Below are positions 54,011 through 64,000 of a stretch of DNA of 64,000 nucleotides, piece after piece. This DNA comes from Octopus vulgaris. Its lineage: Eukaryota. Position 1 is the first letter of the stretch. Every line of letters begins with the position of its first letter. The stretch spans positions 80,786,001 to 80,850,000 of the forward strand of contig OX597821.1 in the NCBI GenBank assembly GCA_951406725.2. The letters are read 5' to 3'. The position numbers were made by a program, and so were the translations under genes. Under the pieces are notes generated by a model. That model ran no database searches. It was given only the letters and a program-made list of their open reading frames with translations, and was not told the origin of the DNA.

Positions 54011-54465
54011 TGGATGGGAGAGGAGGGGACCATCACACAAAAGCTATCACTGATCACTAGATGAGATCTATAACTAGCCTAAGTGGACATCAATGGCTGC
54101 AGATGAGTTTTTTGAAAGTTTGCTTGCTGGGACACCAGTCATGAATTGGGAGAGAAGAGAAATGGGATTCTGCACCAGCTGATAGGGGAATTTCATGAGT
54201 GAGATTGACTAATAACGCATGATGTCAGGTTCTTGTAATATCTGGTAGTAAGGTCCCTGCTGGGGAACCTTTTCCAGCTATATCCTCTGATATATATAGT
54301 GACACTACTCTCAGACAAGTGTAGTATTAGTAGGAGTCAGTATGGTAAGAGATCATGATATTGCTGGTTTCATTTCTTGGGTACTTTAAAGGTACCCAAG
54401 AAATGAAGCGTGTATATACATATATATACACACAAATGCATACTTTTATACACAGATACACAGAT

Positions 54466-54504
<39 letters not shown>

Positions 54505-54977
54505 TATAAAAATATATGTATATTTCACCAATTTCAATGGATAAGTGAAATGTGAAACCAGTTGATTATTTACTATATACATACATACATGCATACATAC
54601 ATGTATGTATGTATGTATGTATTTCTATTATTTTTTTTACTTCTTTCAGTCATTTGATTGTGACCATCTTGGAGCACCATCTTTAGTCCAACATATCGAC
54701 CCCAAGACTTATTCTTTGTAAGCCCAATACTTATTCTGTTGGTCTCTTTTGCTGAACTGCTAGGTTACGGGTACATAAACACACCAACATCAGTTGTCAA
54801 GTGATGGTGGTGAGGACATACACAGACAAAGACAAATACATATATATGTATATGACGGGCTTCTTTCAGTTTCAGTCTACCAAATCTACTCACAGAGCTC
54901 TGCCCGAAGTGCCACTCAGTGAGACTGAATCTGGAACCATGTGGTTGGGAAGCAAGCTTCTTACAACACAGCCACTC

Positions 54978-55014
<37 letters not shown>

Positions 55015-55279
55015 TACATATATTTACATTGGGACAAGAAAGCAAAACATCCACACACCTAGGCGATACAAAAAGGGACAACAAAACATCCAGATAGACA
55101 ATGCAAAGAAAACAAGGACGGGTCATTCAAAGCCCTCTATCCTCAGTCAAGCACCAGATTATCCTCACAATTTCAGCTGATTATTCTTGAGATCGCTCCC
55201 ATCTGACCAGCCCCAAGGAAAAATTAAGCTAAGAGCATTAGATTCCTTGGAAGAAAGCAGCGAATGTATACAAAAACAA

Positions 55280-55379
55280 NNNNNNNNNNNNNNNNNNNNN
55301 NNNNNNNNNNNNNNNNNNNNNNNNNNNNNNNNNNNNNNNNNNNNNNNNNNNNNNNNNNNNNNNNNNNNNNNNNNNNNNN
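55280..55379. other. assembly gap (100 N)
   Basis: Run of exactly 100 N, the usual placeholder for a gap of unknown size. Confidence 0.99.
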
Positions 55380-58300
55380 TTTACTTCTCGAACCTCTCTC
55401 GTCTATCAACCTTTTTCACTTCTCGAAGTCCTCGCTCTCTCGTCTATCAACCTTCGCGTATTCCTTTATTAACTTCTCGAAGCCCTCGCTCTCTCGTCTA
55501 TCAACCTTCGCCATCTTGAAGTCTGTTTCTTTAGTACACTTCCGCCTTGTCCAAAAATTCCCCTTCCGGTCAACTTATACTTAAAAGGCCACCCCACACG
55601 TGCTCTCTCATTCACCTAGCAGCTATATCCTGAGTACAGATAAGTTGAAAATGTATTTTCACTTCTCGAAGTCCTCGCTCTCTCGTCTATCAACCTTTTT
55701 CACTTCTCGAAGTCCTCGCTCTCTCGTCTATCAACCTTTTTCACTTCTCGAAGCCCTCGCTCTCTCGTCTATCAACCTTTTTCACTTCTCGAAGCCCTCG
55801 CTCTCTCGTCTATCAACCTTCGCGTATTCCTTTATTAACTTCTCGAAGTCCTCGCTCTCTCGTCTATCAACCTTCGCCATCTTGAAGTCTGTTTCTTTAG
55901 TACACTTCCGCCTTGTCCAAAAATTCCCCTTCCGGTGTCAACTTATACTTAAAAGGCCACCCCACACGTGCTCTCTCATTCACCTAGCAGCTATATCCTG
56001 AGTACAGATAAGTTGAAAATGTATTTTCACTTCTCGAAGTCCTCGCTCTCTCGTCTATCAACCTTTTTCACTTCTCGAAGTCCTCGCTCTCTCGTCTATC
56101 AACCTTTTTCACTTCTCGAAGTCCTCGCTCTCTCGTCTATCAACCTTTTTCACTTCTCGAAGCCCTCGCTCTCTCGTCTATCAACCTTTTTCACTTCTCG
56201 AAGTCCTCGCTCTCTCGTCTATCAACCTTCGCCATCTTGAAGTCTGTTTCTTTAGTACACTTCCGCCTTGTCCAAAAATTCCCCTTCCGGTCAACTTATA
56301 CTTAAAAGGCCACCCCACACGTGCTCTCTCATTCACCTAGCAGCTATATCCTGAGTACAGATAAGTTGAAAATGTATTTTCACTTCTCGAAGTCCTCGCT
56401 CTCTCGTCTATCAACCTTTTTCACTTCTCGAAGCCCTCGCTCTCTCGTCTATCAACCTTTTTCACTTCTCGAAGCCCTCGCTCTCTCGTCTATCAACCTT
56501 TTTCACTTCTCGAAGCCCTCGCTCTCTCGTCTATCAACCTTTTTTCACTTCTCGAAGCCCTCGCTCTCTCGTCTATCAACCTTCGCCATCTTGAAGTCTG
56601 TTTCTTTAGTACACTTCCGCCTTGTCCAAAAATTCCCCTTCCGGTCAACTTATACTTAAAAGGCCACCCCACACGTGCTCTCTCATTCACCTAGCAGCTA
56701 TATCCTGAGTACAGATAAGTTGAAAATGTATTTTCACTTCTCGAAGTCCTCGCTCTCTCGTCTATCAACCTTTTTCACTTCTCGAAGTCCTCGCTCTCTC
56801 GTCTATCAACCTTTTTCACTTCTCGAAGCCCTCGCTCTCTCGTCTATCAACCTTTTTCACTTCTCGAAGCCCTCGCTCTCTCGTCTATCAACCTTTTTCA
56901 CTTCTCGAAGCCCTCGCTCTCTCGTCTATCAACCTTCGCCATCTTGAAGTCTGTTTCTTTAGTACACTTCCGCCTTGTCCAAAAATTCCCCTTCCGGTCA
57001 ACTTATACTTAAAAGGCCACCCCACACGTGCTCTCTCATTCACCTAGCAGCTATATCCTGAGTACAGATAAGTTGAAAATGTATTTTCACTTCTCGAAGT
57101 CCTCGCTCTCTCGTCTATCAACCTTTTTCACTTCTCGAAGTCCTCGCTCTCTCGTCTATCAACCTTTTTCACTTCTCGAAGTCCTCGCTCTCTCGTCTAT
57201 CAACCTTTTTCACTTCTCGAACCCTCGCTCTCTCGTCTATCAACCTTCACTTCTTTCTCGTCTATCAACTTTTTCGAAGCCCTCGCTCTCTCGTCTATCA
57301 ACCTTCGCCATCTTGAAGTCTGTTTCTTTAGTACACTTCCGCCTTGTCCAAAAATTCCCCTTCCGGTCAACTTATACTTAAAAGGCCACCCCACACGTGC
57401 TCTCTCATTCACCTAGCAGCTATATCCTGAGTACAGATAAGTTGAAAATGTATTTTCACTTCTCGAAGTCCTCGCTCTCTCGTCTATCAACCTTTTTCAC
57501 TTCTCGAAGTCCTCGCTCTCTCGTCTATCAACCTTTTTCACTTCTCGAAGCCCTCGCTCTCTCGTCTATCAACCTTTTTCACTTCTCGAAGTCCTCGCTC
57601 TCTCGTCTATCAACCTTTTTCACTTCTCGAAGCCCTCGCTCTCTCGTCTATCAACCTTTTTCACTTCTCGAAGCCCTCGCTCTCTCGTCTATCAACCTTC
57701 GCCATCTTGAAGTCTGTTTCTTTAGTACACTTCCGCCTTGTCCAAAAATTCCCCTTCCGGTCAACTTATACTTAAAAGGCCACCCCACACGTGCTCTCTC
57801 ATTCACCTAGCAGCTATATCCTGAGTACAGATAAGTTGAAAATGTATTTTCACTTCTCGAAGTCCTCGCTCTCTCGTCTATCAACCTTTTTCACTTCTCG
57901 AAGTCCTCGCTCTCTCGTCTATCAACCTTTTTCACTTCTCGAAGCCCTCGCTCTCTCGTCTATCAACCTTTTTCACTTCTCGAAGCCCTCGCTCTCTCGT
58001 CTATCAACCTTTTTCACTTCTCGAAGCCCTCGCTCTCTCGTCTATCAACCTTCGCCATCTTGAAGTCTGTTTCTTTAGTACACTTCCGCCTTGTCCAAAA
58101 ATTCCCCTTCCGGTCAACTTATACTTAAAAGGCCACCCCACACGTGCTCTCTCATTCACCTAGCAGCTATATTCCTGAGTACAGATAAGTTGAAAACTTA
58201 TTTTCACTTCTCGAAGTCCTCGCTCTCTCGTCTATCAACCTTTTTCACTTCTCGAAGTCCTCGCTCCCTCGTCTATCAACCTTTTTCACTTCTCGAAGCC

Positions 58301-61300
58301 CTCGCTCTCTCGTCTATCAACCTTTTTCACTTCTCAGTCCTCGCTCTCTCGTCTATCAACCTTTTTCACTTCTCCCTCGCTCTCTCGTCTATCAACCTTT
58401 TTCACTTCTCGAAGTTCTTTATTAATTTTTGCCCGTTCAAGTCCTCGCTCTCTCGTCTATCAACCTTCGCCATCTTGAAGTCTGTTTCTTTAGTACACTT
58501 CCGCCTTGTCCAAAAATTCCCCTTCCGGTCAACTTATACTTAAAAGGCCACCCCACACGTGCTCTCTCATTCACCTAGCAGCTATATCCTGAGTACAGAT
58601 AAGTTGAAAATGTATTTTCACTTCTCGAAGTCCTCGCTCTCTCGTCTATCAACCTTTTCACTTCTCGAAGTCCTCGCTCTCTCGTCTATCAACCTTTTTC
58701 ACTTCTCGAAGCCCTCGCTCTCTCGTCTATCAACCTTTTTCACTTCTCGAAGCCCTCGCTCTCTCGTCTATCAACCTTTTCACTTCTCGAAGCCCTCGCT
58801 CTCTCGTCTATCAACCTTTTTCACTTCTCGAAGCCCTCGCTCACTCGTCTATCAACCTTTTTCACTTCTCAAGCCCTCGCTCTCTCGTCTATCAACCTTC
58901 GCCATCTTGAAGTCTGTTTCTTTAGTACACTTCCGCCTTGTCCAAAAATTCCCCTTCCGGTCAACTTATACTTAAAAGGCCACCCCACACGTGCTCTCTC
59001 ATTCACCTAGCAGCTATATCCTGAGTACAGATAAGTTGAAAATGTATTTTCACTTCTCGAAGTCCTCGCTCTCTCGTCTATCAACCTTTTTCACTTCTCG
59101 AAGTCCTCGCTCTCTCGTCTATCAACCTTTTTCACTTCTCGAAGCCCTCGCTCTCTCGTCTATCAACCTTTTTCACTTCTCGAAGCCCTCGCTCTCTCGT
59201 CTATCAACCTTTTTCTATAACTTCTCGAAGCCCTCGCTCTCTCGTCTATCAACCTTCGCCATCTTGAAGTCTGTTTCTTTAGTACACTTCCGCCTTGTCC
59301 AAAAATTCCCCTTCCGGTCAACTTATACTTAAAAGGCCACCCCACACGTGCTCTCTCATTCACCTAGCAGCTATATCCTGAGTACAGATAAGTTGAAAAT
59401 GTATTTTCACTTCTCGAAGTCCTCGCTCTCTCGTCTATCAACCTTTTTCACTTCTCGAAGTCCTCGCTCTCTCGTCTATCAACCTTTTTCACTTCTCGAA
59501 GCCCTCGCTCTCTCGTCTATCAACCTTTTTCACTTCTCGAAGCCCTCGCTCTCTCGTCTATCAACCTTTTTCACTTCTCGAAGCCTTGCCCGTTATCAAC
59601 TTTTCACTTCTCAAGCTCTCTCGTCTATCAACCTTCGCCATCTTGAAGTCTGTTTCTTTAGTACACTTCCGCCTTGTCCAAAAATTCCCCTTCCGGTCAA
59701 CTTATACTTAAAAGGCCACCCCACACGTGCTCTCTCATTCACCTAGCAGCTATATCCTGAGTACAGATAAGTTGAAAATGTATTTTCACTTCTCGAAGTC
59801 CTCGCTCTCTCGTCTATCAACCTTTTTCACTTCTCGAAGTCCTCGCTCTCTCGTCTATCAACCTTTTTCACTTCTCGAAGTCCTCGCTCTCTCGTCTATC
59901 AACCTTTTTCACTTCTCGAAGCCCTCGCTCTCTCGTCTATCAACCTTTTTCACTTCTCGAAGCCCTCGCTCTCTCGTCTATCAACCTTCGCCATCTTGAA
60001 GTCTGTTTCTTTAGTACACTTCCGCCTTGTCCAAAAATTCCCCTTCCGGTCAACTTATACTTAAAAGGCCACCCCACACGTGCTCTCTCATTCACCTAGC
60101 AGCTATATCCTGAGTACAGATAAGTTGAAAATGTATTTTCACTTCTCGAAGTCCTCGCTCTCTCGTCTATCAACCTTTTTCACTTCTCGAAGTCCTCGCT
60201 CTCTCGTCTATCAACCTTTTTCACTTCTCGAAGCCCTCGCTCTCTCGTCTATCAACCTTTTTCACTTCTCGAAGTCCTCGCTCTCTCGTCTATCAACCTT
60301 TTTCACTTCTCGAAGCCCTCGCTCTCTCGTCTATCAACCTTTTTCACTTCTCGAAGCCCTCGCTCTCTCGTCTATCAACCTTCGCCATCTTGAAGTCTGT
60401 TTCTTTAGTACACTTCCGCCTTGTCCAAAAAATTCCCCTTCCGGTCAACTTATACTTAAAAGGCCACCCCACACGTGCTCTCTCATTCACCTAGCAGCTA
60501 TATCCTGAGTACAGATAAGTTGAAAATGTATTTTCACTTCTCGAAGTCCTCGCTCTCTCGTCTATCAACCTTTTTCACTTCTCGAAGTCCTCGCTCTCTC
60601 GTCTATCAACCTTTTTCACTTCTCGAAGCCCTCGCTCTCTCGTCTATCAACCTTTTTCACTTCTCGAAGCTCCTCGCTCTCTCGTCTATCAACCTTTTTC
60701 ACTTCTCGAAGCCCTCGCTCTCTCGTCTATCAACCTTTTTCACTTCTCGAAGCCCTCGCTCTCTCGTCTATCAACCTTCGCCATCTTGAAGTCTGTTTCT
60801 TTAGTACACTTCCGCCTTGTCCAAAAATTCCCCTTCCGGTCAACTTATACTTAAAAGGCCACCCCACACGTGCTCTCTCATTCACCTAGCAGCTATATCC
60901 TGAGTACAGATAAGTTGAAAATGTATTTTCACTTCTCGAAGTCCTCGCTCTCTCGTCTATCAACCTTTTTCACTTCTCGAAGTCCTCGCTCTCTCGTCTA
61001 TCAACCTTTTTCACTTCTCGAAGCCCTCGCTCTCTCGTCTATCAACCTTTTTCACTTCTCGAAGCCCTCGCTCTCTCGTCTATCAACCTTCGCGTATTCC
61101 TTTATTAATTTTGCCCGTTCAAGTCCTCGCTCTCTCGTCTATCAACCTTCGCCATCTTGAAGTCTGTTTCTTTAGTACACTTCCGCCTTGTCCAAAAATT
61201 CCCCTTCCGGTCAACTTATACTTAAAAGGCCACCCCACACGTGCTCTCTCATTCACCTAGCAGCTATATCCTGAGTACAGATAAGTTGAAAATGTATTTT

Positions 61301-63014
61301 CACTTCTCGAAGTCCTCGCTCTCTCGTCTATCAACCTTTTCACTTCTCGAAGTCCTCGCTCTCTCGTCTATCAACCTTTTCACTTCTCGAAGCCTCGCTC
61401 TCTCGAACCTTTTTCACTTCTCCCTCGCTCTCTCGTCTATCAAGCCCTCGCTCCTCGTTATCAACCTTTTTCACTTCTCGAAGCCCTCGCTCTCTCGTCT
61501 ATCAACCTTCGCCATCTTGAAGTCTGTTTCTTTAGTACACTTCCGCCTTGTCCAAAAATTCCCCTTCCGGTCAACTTATACTTAAAAGGCCACCCCACAC
61601 GTGCTCTCTCATTCACCTAGCAGCTATATCCTGAGTACAGATAAGTTGAAAATGTATTTTCACTTCTCGAAGTCCTCGCTCTCTCGTCTATCAACCTTTT
61701 TCACTTCTCGAAGTCCTCGCTCTCTCGTCTATCAACCTTTTTCACTTCTCGAAGCCCTCGCTCTCTCGTCTATCAACCTTTTTCACTTCTCGAAGTCCTC
61801 GCTCTCTCGTCTATCAACCTTTTTCACTTCTCGAAGCCCTCGCTCTCTCGTCTATCAACCTTTTTCACTTCTCGAAGCCCTCGCTCTCTCGTCTATCAAC
61901 CTTCGCCATCTTGAAGTCTGTTTCTTTAGTACACTTCCGCCTTGTCCAAAAATTCCCCTTCCGGTCAACTTATACTTAAAAGGCCACCCCACACGTGCTC
62001 TCTCATTCACCTAGCAGCTATATCCTGAGTACAGATAAGTTGAAAATGTATTTTCACTTCTCGAAGTCCTCGCTCTCTCGTCTATCAACCTTTTTCACTT
62101 CTCGAAGTCCTCGCTCTCTCGTCTATCAACCTTTTTCACTTCTCGAAGCCCTCGCTCTCTCGTCTATCAACCTTTTTCACTTCTCGAAGTCCTCGCTCTC
62201 TCGTCTATCAACCTTTTTCACTTCTCGAAGCCCTCGCTCTCTCGTCTATCAACCTTTTTCACTTCTCGAAGCCCTCGCTCTCTCGTCTATCAACATTCGC
62301 CATCTTGAAGTCTGTTTCTTTAGTACACTTCCGCCCTGTCCAAAAATTCCCCTTCCGGTCAACTTATACTTAAAAGGCCACCCCACACGTGCTCTCTCAT
62401 TCACCTAGCAGCTATATCCTGAGTACAGATAAGTTGAAAATGTATTTTCACTTCTCGAAGTCCTCGCTCTCTCGTCTATCAACCTTTTTCACTTCTCGAA
62501 GTCCTCGCTCTCTCGTCTATCAACCTTTTTTCACTTCTCGAAGCCCTCGCTCTCTCGTCTATCAACCTTTTTCACTTCTCGAAGCCCTCGCTCTTCGTCT
62601 ATCAACCTTTTCACTTCTCAAGCCCTCGCTCTCTCGTCTATCAACCTTCGCCATCTTGAAGTCTGTTTCTTTAGTACACTTCCGCCTTGTCCAAAAATTC
62701 CCCTTCCGGTCAACTTATACTTAAAAGGCCACCCCACACGTGCTCTCTCATTCACCTAGCAGCTATATCCTGAGTACAGATAAGTTGAAAATGTATTTTC
62801 ACTTCTCGAAGTCCTCGCTCGAAGTCTCGTCTATCAACCTTTTTCACTTCTCGAAGTCCTCGCTCTCTCGTCTATCAACCTTTTTCACTTCTCGAAGCCC
62901 TCGCTCTCTCGTCTATCAACCTTTTTCACTTCTCGAAGCCCTCGCTCTCTCGTCTATCAACCTTTTTCACTTCTCGAAGCCCTCGCTCTCTCGTCTATCA
63001 ACCTTCGCGTATTC
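55380..63014. repeat. higher-order satellite: [148-bp block + 5-6 x 41-bp monomer] x ~21
   Basis: Monomer TTTTTCACTTCTCGAAG(T/C)CCTCGCTCTCTCGTCTATCAACC; common unit lengths 353 and 394 bp differ by 41; block GCCATCTTGAAGTC...GTTGAAAATGTA. Confidence 0.97.
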
Positions 63015-63716
63015 ACGGTGCACCCGCCCTTGCCCACCCCCACCACCAATACCGGATATCTCTATATTTTTGCTCCATCTATACCGGATGTCGCTTCTCC
63101 CACCACCATTATAGGTGTCTACTCTTCGAACCCCCTCTTCAATACGCTATTTCTACACATGCATTACCCCTCTCGTGATATCCTACGTTCTACTTGTCTA
63201 GAACCTGTCATCATCGTTTCTCCGAACACCCCTCCCCACTGGTGCTCCCCTATATTTCTGCGCACCCCCTCCCCACATAAAAAGCACCATCCGAACGTGG
63301 CCGATGCCAGCACCGCCCCGACTGGCTTCTGTGCAGGTGGCACATAAAAAGCACCAACCGACCGCTGCCGATGCCAGACCCCTCTGGCACCTGTGCAGGT
63401 GGCACGTAAAAAGCACCCACTACACTCGCGGAGTGGTTGGCGTTAGGAAGGGCATCCAGCTGTAGAAACACTGCCAGACTAGACTGGAGCCTGGGGCAGC
63501 CCCTGGCTCCCCAGACCCCGGTCGAAACCGTCCAACCCGTGCTAGCGCGGAAAACGGACGTTAAACGATGATGATGATGATGATGATACACACACACAAA
63601 TATACATGTTCAGGAGAGACTGTGTGGTAAGTAGCTTGCTTCCCAATCACAGGGTTCCAGGTTTAGTCCAACTTGTGAGTGGATTTGGTAGATGGAAACT
63701 GAAAAAAGCCTGTTGT

Positions 63717-63770
<54 letters not shown>

Positions 63771-64000
63771 ATGTATTTATGTATTTGTGTGTCTGTGTTT
63801 GTCCCCCCCGCCATCACTTGACAACTGATGTTGGTGTGTTTATGTCCCCGTAACTTAGCAGTTCGGCAAAAGAGACCTATAGAATAAGTACTAGGCTTAC
63901 AAAGAATAAGTCTTGGGTTCGATTTGTTTGACGAAAAGCGATGCTCCAATGTGGCTGCAGTCAAATGACTGGAACAAGAAAAAGAAATAAAACAGAAAAA

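Noticed and set aside
55110-55165. Hammerhead-like CTGAGGA..GAAT..TC on the minus strand
   Set aside because: Core deviates and the stems do not pair convincingly
55380-63014. CRISPR-like appearance and the ~20 MLSHSPSSY... ORFs
   Set aside because: No unique spacers, no cas genes, eukaryotic context; the ORFs are translations of the satellite

Overview
AT-rich, microsatellite-laden eukaryotic DNA. The SINE families and repeat landscape point to an invertebrate, most likely Octopus (inferred, not proven). The main feature is one minus-strand gene for which I traced 21 GT-AG exons by hand from 53295 down to 5115. All exon phases match, giving 4042 nt (about 1347 codons) with no stop. It encodes the C-terminal half of a large lipid transfer protein (apolipophorin/vitellogenin-like): beta-rich region, RKKR site plus Pro-rich linker, VWD, C8-like Cys domain, and a VWA-like domain carrying a His-rich insertion. 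Neither start nor stop codon was found in the window. The introns are packed with tRNA-derived SINEs, LINE fragments (RTE, Tx1-like, RLE-type, Penelope), mariner, hAT, Chapaev-like, Helitron and TTAA-MITE relics. They also hold several fold-back inverted repeats and at least six recognisable hammerhead-ribozyme motifs of the Penelope/retrozyme type, some with intact cores. After a 100-N gap lies a 7.6-kb higher-order satellite (148-bp block plus 5-6 copies of a 41-bp monomer, about 21 units). Most ORF-track entries are repeat or microsatellite artefacts. Repeat boundaries are approximate; exon boundaries were read base by base.
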